DNA of 64,000 nt from positions 225,881 to 289,880 of IMG/VR virus record IMGVR_UViG_3300026521_000003. The stretch is one strand, 5' to 3'. The notes below the pieces were generated by a model, which saw only the letters and a program-made list of their open reading frames with translations, ran no database searches and was not told the DNA's origin. Position numbers and translations under genes: made by a program. This document shows, piece after piece, positions 39,640 to 49,313 of the stretch. Positions within the stretch are counted from its first letter, which is position 1. Every line of letters starts with the position of its first letter.

Positions 39640-39797
39640 ATACCGTACAGTAACTCATCATTAATATGCTTTAATATTTTTTGAAGAGTTTCTTTCTCTT
39701 TTCCTTCTACTTTTTTAATTAATTTCTCTACTATTTCTTTATCTTGTTTTGTGTATGGGTTTTTGTGTTCACTTTCTTTTAAATTTTTAAATTTCAT
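39636..39797 (-). CDS. Small protein (53 aa) with leader MKFKNLKE, not in ORF track
   Basis: MKFKNLKESEHKNPYTKQDKEIVEKLIKKVEGKEKETLQKILKHINDELLYGI*; AAAGGAG SD; CATAAATA late promoter at 39816-39823 (minus). Confidence 0.7.
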   Translation of the reverse strand: MKFKNLKESEHKNPYTKQDKEIVEKLIKKVEGKEKETLQKILKHINDELLYGI

Positions 39798-39814
39798 TTT
39801 AACTCCTTTTAATA

Positions 39815-39990
39815 GTATTTATGATATAATAGTGTGAACTACCCAACCGCTAAAGACGATTGGGCTTCTAAGGGAGTGCCGAGAGGCACTCCAATCATCG
39901 AACTTCAGAATTAACTGACATTCTCGATACAAAGATTCTGATTGATCTGGTCAATCAAGGTTATCTGTTCCAGAGACCATTTTTGATAAT
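39815..39990 (-). ncRNA. Predicted TnpB omegaRNA/reRNA (scaffold in the element right end, guide from flanking phage DNA)
   Basis: Strong hairpin GGAGTGCC-GAGA-GGCACTCC (39873-39892) plus right-end hairpin; position inferred from known TnpB biology; 5' end not determinable. Confidence 0.45.
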
Positions 39991-41221
39991 CTAAAAGATT
40001 ATCACTAGCATTCAAGTCTGCATGAGTAGTGTATCCACAGTTTTCACAATTAAAATCGCTTTGCGATTTTCTATTGTTCTTACTGATATGACCACATTTG
40101 AAGCATCTCTGACTGCTGAAAGCAGGATTTAATTCTCTAATCAATTTGTTCTTTTGTTCTTGTTTGTATTTGATTTTTTGTATCAACGAACCCCAACTGA
40201 CATCGGAAATCAGACGATTGAGTCGATTTGATTTCGATTCTTTCATCTTTTTGATTTCCAATTTTTCGATTGTGATTCTATCATATTGATTAGTCAATTG
40301 ATGACTCAATTTGTGAAAAAAATCCTCTTTTTTATTTTTGATTTTCTTGTACATTCGATTTGATTTCTTTTGGAGTTTCTTCGTATTTTTGGAAAAGTTC
40401 TTTTCTTTGTATCTTTTACTTAACTTCCGTTGGAGTTTCAAAAAGTTCTTTGAATATTTACTTTTTGAAAAATCCTCCAATTTAATCAATCTTCGATTTC
40501 CATTCGAATCTGAAATAGCTATATTTTCTACATTCAAATCAAGAGCACATTCTGTTCCTGTTTTTGGATATTGATTTTTGTCATTAATGATCAAATTAGC
40601 AATAAAATAATAGTTTCCATCTGACTCTCTTTTTACAATACCACCAGTAAATTTAGATTCCAAAGGAATTTCTCGATGGAATTTAGTTCTGATTTTCTTT
40701 TTGAAGATCTTTAATTTCCGTTCATCCCAAGAAGTTGCTTGATTACGAATGATGATTGATTGTTCGATGTTCTTACTTGATTTGAATTTAGGAAAACCTC
40801 CGGTTTTCCTGTGGAATCGGGAGAATGTATCATCTAATTTTCTTAGTTCATCCTGAACTACACCGGAATTGTATTTAATTCCTCGTTCTTTAAGGTGTTC
40901 TTTTGTAAGAGAATAAATATCTTTGAACTTTAAGTATTTCCTATCTGCCTCTGGCAGAGAAGAATTGGCAGAAAGGTCTTTGATTTTTAAACTCAAAGCA
41001 AAGTTCCAGGCTTGATTTGCAGTAAAGAAATAATGATTAAGGAAATCGGATTGTTCATTATTTGGTCGTAATCTGAATTTGTAATTGCGATTTAATTTCA
41101 ACTCAATCCTCCTTAAACTCTATATCCATATACTTATTTTACAATAAATTAATGTAAAATGTCAAATAATTGCTGATTCATCCCAATGGCTAAAGACCAT
41201 TGGGTTTTCTCAGCGACGTGT
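39834..41221 (-). mobile_element. IS200/IS605-family element carrying only tnpB (non-autonomous, IS1341-like)
   Basis: Related subterminal hairpins CCCAA.CG-CTAAAGA-CG.TTGGG (39842-39864) and CCCAATGG-CTAAAGA-CCATTGGG (41182-41204); minus-strand right end ...GGGTAGTTCAC; exact left boundary is +/- a few nt. Confidence 0.8.
39911..41101 (-). CDS. tnpB: RNA-guided endonuclease TnpB
   Basis: N-terminal YKFRLRPNNEQ HTH, GFPKFKS, RuvC-I ALDLN, RuvC-II ITIEKL, zinc finger CFKC/CENC, RuvC-III HADLNAS; GGAG SD. Confidence 0.93.
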   Translation of the reverse strand: MKLNRNYKFRLRPNNEQSDFLNHYFFTANQAWNFALSLKIKDLSANSSLPEADRKYLKFKDIYSLTKEHLKERGIKYNSGVVQDELRKLDDTFSRFHRKTGGFPKFKSSKNIEQSIIIRNQATSWDERKLKIFKKKIRTKFHREIPLESKFTGGIVKRESDGNYYFIANLIINDKNQYPKTGTECALDLNVENIAISDSNGNRRLIKLEDFSKSKYSKNFLKLQRKLSKRYKEKNFSKNTKKLQKKSNRMYKKIKNKKEDFFHKLSHQLTNQYDRITIEKLEIKKMKESKSNRLNRLISDVSWGSLIQKIKYKQEQKNKLIRELNPAFSSQRCFKCGHISKNNRKSQSDFNCENCGYTTHADLNASDNLLDYQKWSLEQITLIDQINQNLCIENVS

Positions 41222-41228
41222 ATAAATA
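41221..41228 (+). promoter_or_regulatory. T4-type late promoter (TATAAATA) at the IS junction
   Basis: TATAAATAAAAGAAAG...GAGG...ATG(41254). Confidence 0.6.
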
Positions 41229-41253
41229 AAAGAAAGTATGAGGTGTAATTTTT

Positions 41254-41979
41254 ATGGCTAGTAAATTATCTAAAAAGGAATTATCAGTACGGGATTTTAT
41301 ATTAAAAATTTTTAGAAAAGAAATAAAGATAACGACTCCAATTTTTAAAAAGTTTGTAAAAATTATGTCTGATGGTGATAATACAAGTATTATTGAAAAA
41401 TATGGTGAACGTTTATATTCATCTTTACTATCAGAATATAAATTTAAGAATCAAGACGATTTTAATGAAAAAATGTTATTATTTAAACAAAATGAATATT
41501 TAGGATCTGGCCTAACACAGTTTGCCTCAGCTTCTTCTATAATTTTAAAAAAATTATTTGATTCTAAATATGTTGAAACTGACTGGATTATTGAAGATTT
41601 AGGTACAACTTCAACGTATGCGACAAGAGCAACTATAAATTATATTTTTACAAAAGAAAAAGATAATTTAGAAACTGTTTTAAATACTGTTCTTCAGATA
41701 ACTCAATATACTAAAAATGAACAATTAGTTGCCACTTTAATTGTTGAAAGACTATGTACAGGGAAAAATACAAAACTTATTGATCTTATGAAAGATATTT
41801 TAGAAAGAGAATTAAAGCCTACTAAAGTAGATAGACCATCTACACAAAGTTTAAAAAATGTATATATGGCTGATAATTGTAATAAGAAATATTTACCGAT
41901 TCTTGGTAAGTGGCTGTATGATATTACAGAGGATGTTCGATATTTGCCCCAAGAAGCAAAAGATATATTTATATTTTAG
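41254..41979 (+). CDS. DIFIF-tagged protein
   Basis: Ends LYDITEDVRYLPQEAKDIFIF*. Confidence 0.88.
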   Translation: MASKLSKKELSVRDFILKIFRKEIKITTPIFKKFVKIMSDGDNTSIIEKYGERLYSSLLSEYKFKNQDDFNEKMLLFKQNEYLGSGLTQFASASSIILKKLFDSKYVETDWIIEDLGTTSTYATRATINYIFTKEKDNLETVLNTVLQITQYTKNEQLVATLIVERLCTGKNTKLIDLMKDILERELKPTKVDRPSTQSLKNVYMADNCNKKYLPILGKWLYDITEDVRYLPQEAKDIFIF

Positions 41980-41991
41980 GAGAATTAGAAA

Positions 41992-42825
41992 TTGAAATTA
42001 GAAGAATTAATAAAAGATATAGCATTAAATTTAAATAGTACAAATTATAATGATTATAAAGAAAAGGCTATGATTCATTTATTGAAATCAAAACCTGATT
42101 TTACTGGAGACGAAGCATCTATAATTTTAAATGCTGGCTATCGTAATTATGAACATATGATGGAAATTATTGGCACTAAAACATTATTAAAAAAATTATT
42201 GAAAAAAATGATGAAAGAAACAGATTATCCATTTTTATTAGTTACTAAAACTATGAAAGAACTCCCAGAAATTTATTCATTTTTAAATGAAAAAACAAAA
42301 AAAGAATTTTTTTCTACATTAACAGATTTTACTAATATAGATAAAAAACAGTTTAAAGATTTTTTAGATAACTATGACCAAATTTGGTTTGAATCTAATA
42401 TGACTAATAGACTCGGCTTGATTATTAGATCGGGTGGAAAACCTTGGATGATAAGTATGGTTGTAAACCATCCAAGATTTAAAAGTTTTCCATCACAATA
42501 TAAAACTCGGGAAGTACTGATTGATTATCCAGAATTGATTGAGAATAGAACTATATTTAAAAAACTATTAAATAGAAATATGGCAATCATTGATGAAAGT
42601 CGTGGATGGAATACTGATTTTAGTGATGAACTAGCCCCTATAATTACTAATAAATATTTTGAAGAAGATGATTTATCTATATTTACGGAAGCGCAACAAA
42701 AGGCGATGTTGAAATATACAAAAGAAAATGCAGGTGTTAATCATCAAGCATTAGTAGCGTTGTATAATAAATTTAATGATTCAACGATATTACCTGATGA
42801 ATTAAAATCAGTATTTATTTTTTAG
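41992..42825 (+). CDS. DIFIF-tagged protein
   Basis: TTG start MKLEELIKD; ends LYNKFNDSTILPDELKSVFIF*. Confidence 0.88.
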   Translation: MKLEELIKDIALNLNSTNYNDYKEKAMIHLLKSKPDFTGDEASIILNAGYRNYEHMMEIIGTKTLLKKLLKKMMKETDYPFLLVTKTMKELPEIYSFLNEKTKKEFFSTLTDFTNIDKKQFKDFLDNYDQIWFESNMTNRLGLIIRSGGKPWMISMVVNHPRFKSFPSQYKTREVLIDYPELIENRTIFKKLLNRNMAIIDESRGWNTDFSDELAPIITNKYFEEDDLSIFTEAQQKAMLKYTKENAGVNHQALVALYNKFNDSTILPDELKSVFIF

Positions 42826-42833
42826 GATATAAA

Positions 42834-43742
42834 ATGAAAATAGCAACTGACCATAGATTTTATGCCCCTGTATGGAATCAATTAGCAGAGATTTTAGATA
42901 AAGATTATGTTATGAATAATGACTCAACTGATAGTGCTTTGGATAATAGTATAACAGTAACTAATAAAAAATACCCATCACACGGATTACACATTAGTAC
43001 TTATTTAGGTGATAATCCTGAATGGTCGATAACCGCTTATTATACTTTACCGGTTGATTTAAATTATTTAAAAAAATATAAATTTATACCTTCACGAGAT
43101 AATGAAAATTTTCCTATATTAATGGATAGTCAACTTAGGAAGATTAAAGAAAAAATTAAAGAGATTGATAATTCAGTTATAGAATCATTAGAAGAAATGA
43201 AAGATGATTTAGAAAATGGTTCAATTGCATTCGGTGGAAGAAATATGGTATTTTTTCTAGAAGGTGGATTGGATTTAAGACCGTTTAAAACATATGGTAT
43301 TAGTATCGATTATAGAAGATTTTTAATAGTCCCAGATAAATCTATGAAAAATAATTATATGAAATTAGTTGCTATTACAAAAGCTAAAGACCCTACTATA
43401 CTTAAACTAACTAATGAATTTATTGATGTGTATTTAGATGAATTAAAATATTTGAATATTGATCAACTATTTAAATGGATGAATAAATTAAATTCAGATA
43501 TAAAGTCGAAATTTAGTAAAGAAAATTTTAATAAATATATCGATTTGATTAAGAGTCAATATAATTTTGCTGATGGATATGAATTCGTTCCTGATTTAGA
43601 TGGGTGGCAAGTAAAACAGCTTATTAATATGTTTGAAGATAATGATGATTATGTATCCACAGAACTTATTAATTATTTTTATGAAAATACAAAAGATGAA
43701 CAATTTTTACCTTCAGAAGTAAAAGATTTATTTTTATTTTAA
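42834..43742 (+). CDS. DIFIF-tagged protein
   Basis: Ends FYENTKDEQFLPSEVKDLFLF*. Confidence 0.88.
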   Translation: MKIATDHRFYAPVWNQLAEILDKDYVMNNDSTDSALDNSITVTNKKYPSHGLHISTYLGDNPEWSITAYYTLPVDLNYLKKYKFIPSRDNENFPILMDSQLRKIKEKIKEIDNSVIESLEEMKDDLENGSIAFGGRNMVFFLEGGLDLRPFKTYGISIDYRRFLIVPDKSMKNNYMKLVAITKAKDPTILKLTNEFIDVYLDELKYLNIDQLFKWMNKLNSDIKSKFSKENFNKYIDLIKSQYNFADGYEFVPDLDGWQVKQLINMFEDNDDYVSTELINYFYENTKDEQFLPSEVKDLFLF

Positions 43743-43748
43743 AAGAGA

Positions 43749-44450
43749 GTGATTATGATACCAAATAATATTGCACGAATACTTAATCTAGATGATGTTG
43801 AAGCGTTTAAAAAAGAGTGGGATAATCTCAAAGATGCTATCTTTTCTATACGAGGTTCACGTACAAATATTCTACATGAAGCGTGTTCACGGGAAGCAGA
43901 ACAAATTACTATTTTTATACTTCGACAGAATCATATAGATATTAATGCTACAACAAATTTTAATAAAACTCCTCTCATGTTATTAATGATAGAATTTAGT
44001 AAGGCTGTTGAAGAAATATTAGAAGAATTATTTAAATATCCAAATTTAGATTGTGATATTGTTGATAATAATGGTGAAACAGCGTTAATGAAAGGGTTAG
44101 ATAGTGGTATTGCAGAAAGATACAATTTGCTATGTTTAGAAAGAATGAAAAATCTTAATTTGAAAAATTCGAGTGGTGAGACTATATTAGATATTTGTCT
44201 TAGACATCATGAAATGTATCGATTACATTCCACCTTAGTTTATGAATTGATTGAAAGAGATGCTTATGTCTCTGATGATAATTTATTATCAATAATGAGA
44301 TTTATTAAAGATAATTTAAATGTAAGCATAACTTGGAAACTAATCCAAACAAAAGATAGATTGAAAAATAAAGTTTATGAAATAGCTGTAAAAGATGATA
44401 CATTTGTTAATTTTTTACCAGATGATGTAAAAGATATGTTTTTATTTTAA
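43749..44450 (+). CDS. DIFIF-tagged ankyrin-repeat protein
   Basis: TNILHEACSRE, KTPLMLLM, NGETALMKGL, SGETILDICL; ends VNFLPDDVKDMFLF*. Confidence 0.88.
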   Translation: MIMIPNNIARILNLDDVEAFKKEWDNLKDAIFSIRGSRTNILHEACSREAEQITIFILRQNHIDINATTNFNKTPLMLLMIEFSKAVEEILEELFKYPNLDCDIVDNNGETALMKGLDSGIAERYNLLCLERMKNLNLKNSSGETILDICLRHHEMYRLHSTLVYELIERDAYVSDDNLLSIMRFIKDNLNVSITWKLIQTKDRLKNKVYEIAVKDDTFVNFLPDDVKDMFLF

Positions 44451-44464
44451 AAAAGGGTTAAAAT

Positions 44465-45220
44465 ATGATATTAAAAGTATATGATGAAGAATATGAACTT
44501 AAAGATAATGATAAAATACTTAGTGTTATTATCGATGCAATTGAAGAATTAAGTATTGAAGTTTATAAATTCAAAGGTATTGAAATTACTAATAATGAGA
44601 TAACTGCAATTATTTTAGGCAAAGAATTTACTCCTATTTCGGGTCCAACAGTTGAAGAAATGGTGTTTTATTTTGATGTAAAGAATCAATATTTTAATAA
44701 TGGTGGAGATGAATTTGATGTGTCATTGATTGATTGGAAATCTCTTAAAGAATTTTATAATCATTATGCTTATAATTATGATCAAATAATTGATGCTATG
44801 GATCAGGGGGATTTAGAAAAACTTAAAAAATTAACCTATGAATATCCTGAAATACCATTAAGTATGAATGATTCATTTTATGCTAGACGTTTGATCAAAC
44901 ATAAAAACATTGAATTATTAGAATGGGCAATACAAGTAGATCCTAATATAGATTTCTCTTCAGATAATTTTCATTCAAATACTTTAAAGTTGGCTATTAA
45001 ATATGATTGGGAAGATGGGGCGATATGGTTACTTGAAAACTTTAAAATTAATTGTATAGAATCTTTTGATGCATTAGGGATTATAAAGTTAATTAATAAA
45101 GGCAATATGTTTAGATTGCTTAAAATTTGTATAAATAATAAAAATGTATTAGATACAATTATTAATAAACAAGAATTTGATTTATTGCCAAAAGAAATTC
45201 GCTCTATGTTTATATTTTAG
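44465..45220 (+). CDS. DIFIF-tagged ankyrin-like protein
   Basis: AMDQGDLEKLKKL, TLKLAIKYDWEDGAIWLLE; ends FDLLPKEIRSMFIF*. Confidence 0.85.
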   Translation: MILKVYDEEYELKDNDKILSVIIDAIEELSIEVYKFKGIEITNNEITAIILGKEFTPISGPTVEEMVFYFDVKNQYFNNGGDEFDVSLIDWKSLKEFYNHYAYNYDQIIDAMDQGDLEKLKKLTYEYPEIPLSMNDSFYARRLIKHKNIELLEWAIQVDPNIDFSSDNFHSNTLKLAIKYDWEDGAIWLLENFKINCIESFDALGIIKLINKGNMFRLLKICINNKNVLDTIINKQEFDLLPKEIRSMFIF

Positions 45221-45234
45221 GAAGGAAAGTTTAA

Positions 45235-46566
45235 ATGCGATTAAGTCAATTAATAAAAAAAATAGATGAATTAAATTTAGAATATCAATTATTGGATGAT
45301 CCCAATTTAATTATTAATGTTTGGACACCATATAATGATCGAGGCATAAAACTAGAAGACGGAAAATATTATTCAAATGATACTTTAACTTCAGATGATA
45401 TAACTTCAATCCGAGGTAAATATTTAGAATTAGCACAACTTGCATTTGATAATGATTTAAAAATTAAAAATATTAACTACATAGAATTTAATTTGATAGC
45501 TAATATGCAGATAGAATTAGGTCGTTATTTAACAACTGACTCTATTAAGAATAATGATATTGAGTTGGAACCGACTGAAGCTCATGGATTAGATATTAAA
45601 GTTGCAGATTTATCATATGATGGATTACATCCTCAGAAAATTTTTAATACTAAATTAAGAAAACATGAAAAAGAAAAAGTTTTAAATAATATTTTAGATT
45701 TATTGAGTTATCATAATGATTATGGTAGAGCGATAATTTTATTAAATTTGGTTGAATATAGTAGTTTCATTGAACCCCTTAAAGTTGCTTTAGATGAACA
45801 GTATATAGATATTTCTTTTATGATAGAAGAAACACATAAAAGAGATGTTGTTTATTATGAAGATTTCAAAAAGCTATTTGCTACTTTGTCAACTTATAAA
45901 TCAACATACCCCATAGACCTATCTTATAACAGAGGTTATCTTTCAGATTCTGCTGTTGAAAGTCCTAAAACAATGAAGCAAATTTGTGAGAATTGGGAAT
46001 TTACTAATGAAACTGCTCATAGAGTTTTAACTTTTTTAATTCAAAACGAACAAACAAAAGCACTAGGTATTTTTTTAAAAAATTATCAACCGTTTGAAAT
46101 AACGGATTATTTAGATATTATTGAACAGGGGTTATTAACTATTGTTGAAAGTAGAATTTTTAAATTATTCCTAGATGATTGGGTTGATCTTAGTAAATTT
46201 AAGGTCGAAATTTTAAATGACTTAGATACGTTTACTATAAGATTGTATGATGAGCCTATAAAATTATTAGTAGAGGGTTTACTTAATATAGGTGTTGAGC
46301 CAAACTATTTATTCAAAAAATTATTAGATAGTTATGCCAATTCAAATTTATATAATCCTTTTGCATCTGGAAAAAAAGCTATGAAACTTTTTATAAATTT
46401 AGATGTGGATTTTACTCATAGAGATGGATATGTTTTGAATTTTTTTATTGATAATCAAAAATTGATTGATAAGATTATTAAAGATCCAAAAGTAGTAGAA
46501 GTGTTAGTAGCTAGTAATAATTTTACGTTTTTACCAGAAGAAATTAAATCTATATTTGTGTTTTGA
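45235..46566 (+). CDS. DIFIF-tagged protein (443 aa)
   Basis: Starts MRLSQLIKKIDE; ends FTFLPEEIKSIFVF*. Confidence 0.88.
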   Translation: MRLSQLIKKIDELNLEYQLLDDPNLIINVWTPYNDRGIKLEDGKYYSNDTLTSDDITSIRGKYLELAQLAFDNDLKIKNINYIEFNLIANMQIELGRYLTTDSIKNNDIELEPTEAHGLDIKVADLSYDGLHPQKIFNTKLRKHEKEKVLNNILDLLSYHNDYGRAIILLNLVEYSSFIEPLKVALDEQYIDISFMIEETHKRDVVYYEDFKKLFATLSTYKSTYPIDLSYNRGYLSDSAVESPKTMKQICENWEFTNETAHRVLTFLIQNEQTKALGIFLKNYQPFEITDYLDIIEQGLLTIVESRIFKLFLDDWVDLSKFKVEILNDLDTFTIRLYDEPIKLLVEGLLNIGVEPNYLFKKLLDSYANSNLYNPFASGKKAMKLFINLDVDFTHRDGYVLNFFIDNQKLIDKIIKDPKVVEVLVASNNFTFLPEEIKSIFVF

Positions 46567-47156
46567 TGATGGATTATAAAACTTTTAAACATATAATCAT
46601 AACTGCTGGGGATGCTAAAAGAGCCGACTTATCTTTTATGTTGGACAGAACTATTTTTAATAGTAAACTTAATAAACAATTATCACTTGACCCTAATTTA
46701 ACCGATGATAATATTATTTCTATTATGGTATTAGCTAATAGTTACTTGGTTTATAATTTATTCGATAATATTATGAAAAATACTATAATGGGGTATGAAG
46801 TACTTGAATTTTGGATCAAACATAGAAATGAATTAAATGGTGATCATATACGTTTAAGTTTTTATAAAGGTATTCTAAGATACCATAAGAAATTAATTAC
46901 AAAAGAATTTGTTGAGTTGGCATTTCAAGTTTATTCAATTTCATTAAAAGTTGATATTTTAACTAATCCCATTGCATGTGGTTTTTTAGATGAAGAAACA
47001 ATTGCTTTTGAACTGCAATTTAATAGAGACGACCCTTATTTTGTTAAAGGTGTTCGAGGCTTTGAACATTTAAATGATGCTTACTTGAAAGTTTATAATG
47101 ATTATGATAATACCATATATTTAGCAGATGAAGTTAAAGCTTTATTTGTTTTTTAG
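46563..47156 (+). CDS. DIFIF-tagged protein
   Basis: Ends VYNDYDNTIYLADEVKALFVF*. Confidence 0.85.
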   Translation: MMMDYKTFKHIIITAGDAKRADLSFMLDRTIFNSKLNKQLSLDPNLTDDNIISIMVLANSYLVYNLFDNIMKNTIMGYEVLEFWIKHRNELNGDHIRLSFYKGILRYHKKLITKEFVELAFQVYSISLKVDILTNPIACGFLDEETIAFELQFNRDDPYFVKGVRGFEHLNDAYLKVYNDYDNTIYLADEVKALFVF

Positions 47157-47164
47157 GAGATTTC

Positions 47165-47920
47165 ATGAGTTTAGTTAATGGCGTTATAACAAATGATTTA
47201 GAAGAAGTTAAAAAATCATTAAAACGTAATAAAAAAAGCTTAAAAGTTATTAGTAAAAGACACCAAAAAACACCATTAGAGTTAGCTGTTGTAAATGATA
47301 ATGTAGAAATAGTAAAATATATGCTTGATTTTTCAAAAGAAAAAAAGTTTGATTATTATATGAAAAGTAATTATGCAAAATCAACACTTAAGCCCTTAAT
47401 GGATTTAACAAAAAGTGTTGAAATGTCTAATTTATTAATAGAATATGGTTTTGAATTAGAAGATGAATTTTCATCATATTTAGATGCTAAAGCATCTAAT
47501 CCTTTACTAGAAAATAGATTTGAACTATTTAAGTGGGGTGTCGATCATGGAGCTGATGTAAATAAAATAATTAATGATTGGCCTCCACTATATGCTACAA
47601 TACTATCCCATAATATACCCAATCAAGAAAAAGATCAGTATATTGAATTATTAGTAAATAATGGTGCCGATATTTATTATGAGTGGAAAGAAACTAATAT
47701 ATTTTTATTACTTTTAAGATATTCATGGGATAAAGAATTAGTTAAAACGATACTTAAATATTTTGATACATTAGATTATAGAACTATTGAAATGTTATAT
47801 AGAACTGATAAAGAATTATTAAGAGGGTATAAAAATATCTCTAAGATTGTAGATATTTTAGTGGATAACAATATGATGGATGTTCTGCCACAAGATGTGA
47901 CAGAAATTTTTGTTTTTTAA
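47165..47920 (+). CDS. DIFIF-tagged ankyrin-repeat protein
   Basis: KTPLELAVVNDNVEIVKYML, GVDHGADVN, WPPLYATI, LVNNGADI; ends MDVLPQDVTEIFVF*. Confidence 0.88.
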   Translation: MSLVNGVITNDLEEVKKSLKRNKKSLKVISKRHQKTPLELAVVNDNVEIVKYMLDFSKEKKFDYYMKSNYAKSTLKPLMDLTKSVEMSNLLIEYGFELEDEFSSYLDAKASNPLLENRFELFKWGVDHGADVNKIINDWPPLYATILSHNIPNQEKDQYIELLVNNGADIYYEWKETNIFLLLLRYSWDKELVKTILKYFDTLDYRTIEMLYRTDKELLRGYKNISKIVDILVDNNMMDVLPQDVTEIFVF

Positions 47921-48423
47921 TCTTTTAAAGCGGCTTGTAATTCTTTCTTTTTAGCTTGTAACTCTTTAATTTTTTCAGCATTTCTTTTCTTTCTAGTAGG
48001 AGTATTATTAGGTTTAGCCTTAATATCTCTAATTTGCTGATTTAGTTTTTTAATTTTTGCTTTTGTTCTTTTTACAAAATCTCTATTAGTATTTTTTGGT
48101 GCAGGTTTATCATCTAAAAGTTGCCCCATAGTTTGTTGTGTTCTAACTTTATAATTGAATTTAGCTTTACCACCATCCATAAGTTTTTTCTTAGTAACAC
48201 CTTTTAATGATGTAACAGCTTTTTTGAATGCTCCCATAATTGCAAAGTAATTAGTACCTTTCCCTTCTGCTGCTTTTTCCCATACGTTATGTAGTTCATC
48301 ATAACTCATATCTAGTTTCTTTGCCCAAGCAGCAACTGTATTATTTTTACCTTCTTTCTTTTCAAATAGTATTTTAGATATTTCTAAAATTTCTACTTCA
48401 AATAATAAATCATCAATAACCAA
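47917..48423 (-). CDS. Basic hypothetical protein, possible virion component
   Basis: TTG start with AAGGA SD; LLFEVEILE N-terminus; Lys-rich coiled-coil tail. Confidence 0.75.
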   Translation of the reverse strand: MVIDDLLFEVEILEISKILFEKKEGKNNTVAAWAKKLDMSYDELHNVWEKAAEGKGTNYFAIMGAFKKAVTSLKGVTKKKLMDGGKAKFNYKVRTQQTMGQLLDDKPAPKNTNRDFVKRTKAKIKKLNQQIRDIKAKPNNTPTRKKRNAEKIKELQAKKKELQAALKD

Positions 48424-48432
48424 TTTTAATCC

Positions 48433-48777
48433 TTAAATTTTAATTTCGATTTCTGATGGTAATTTCTCTTCCCCATCAAACAATTTATCAAGTTCTTTTT
48501 CTACTGCAAGAGCAGCTTTCTTTTCTATTTGTTTCATATCCAAATCACCTAATTCACCTTCATCAATAGTAAATTTTGATAATTTAATATAGTTATTTTT
48601 ATCAAAAGAAATTAATGCTGAAATTATTAAATCATCTGAATTTAAGATAATGAAATTAATTTCTTCTCCATCATTTTCTTCTATAACTTTTTGCATAAAA
48701 GCATTATCCGCTTCCTCTTTTTTATTAAAATCTGCATCAGCCGGTTCCATCTCTAATAAAATATCTTTTAATTTCAT
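48433..48777 (-). CDS. Acidic protein with leader MKLKDILLE, putative head-associated
   Basis: CTS-like leader; late promoter CATAAATA at 48798-48805 (minus). Confidence 0.78.
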   Translation of the reverse strand: MKLKDILLEMEPADADFNKKEEADNAFMQKVIEENDGEEINFIILNSDDLIISALISFDKNNYIKLSKFTIDEGELGDLDMKQIEKKAALAVEKELDKLFDGEEKLPSEIEIKI

Positions 48778-48797
48778 TAATAATCCTTTTTTTCTTT

Positions 48798-48823
48798 TAT
48801 TTATGTTTTTAAATAGATAAATA
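48798..48823. promoter_or_regulatory. Divergent pair of late-type promoters
   Basis: Minus: CATAAATAAAAGAAAAAAAGGA; plus: GATAAATA (48816-48823) upstream of ATG 48843 and the terminase. Confidence 0.5.
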
Positions 48824-48842
48824 AAAATAAAAAGAATAAGAA

Positions 48843-49283
48843 ATGTTTAGAATACCTATTATAGAACCATTATTAATTACATCTATTTGTGGTGATTGGA
48901 TTCATCCTCATATTGAATTATTAACATTAAATTATGATATGGAAGATGATAATACCATTTACGGTAATCTTCTAAAATTGGAAATCGAATTTAAGTCAGG
49001 AAAAAAGTTTCGATTGATAGTTAAGACGGATGCTGAGGGAATGCATGATTTAATGATTGATGCATTAGATGATGAAGAAATACTTCAAGATTATATAGAA
49101 ATGTTATTTGTAGCACTTAAAGAAAATGTATGGAAACCCAATAATTTTGTTCCTTTTTCAGATACAAAATATGGACGTAATTTTAACGACTATTATAATT
49201 TGTATGATGAGCCATATAAAGTATATTTAGAAGGTGATATAGGTTTAAAACAAGATGAAAATGATTGGTGGTGGGTATCATGA
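48843..49283 (+). CDS. Acidic hypothetical protein upstream of terminase
   Basis: 146 aa ORF. Confidence 0.75.
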   Translation: MFRIPIIEPLLITSICGDWIHPHIELLTLNYDMEDDNTIYGNLLKLEIEFKSGKKFRLIVKTDAEGMHDLMIDALDDEEILQDYIEMLFVALKENVWKPNNFVPFSDTKYGRNFNDYYNLYDEPYKVYLEGDIGLKQDENDWWWVS

Positions 49284-49313
49284 AAAATAAAAAATTAGTA
49301 AATAGGAGAACCA

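Larger units (their letters stand above)
14002..47920 (+). other. Array of 38 genes sharing a C-terminal LPx(E/D)(V/I)KDIF(I/V)F tag
   Basis: Counted from the ORF track; only a few untagged genes and a tnpB element interrupt the array. Confidence 0.95.

Noticed and set aside
39834-41221. Autonomous transposon or Cas12 CRISPR effector
   Set aside because: No tnpA/Y1 transposase and no repeats or spacers; size (396 aa) and IS-type end hairpins fit plain TnpB
14002-47920. Recurring tail DNA as a CRISPR array or integron attC cassette array
   Set aside because: Spacing is gene-length and irregular, copies vary synonymously, there is no palindromic attC structure, and no cas or integrase gene is present
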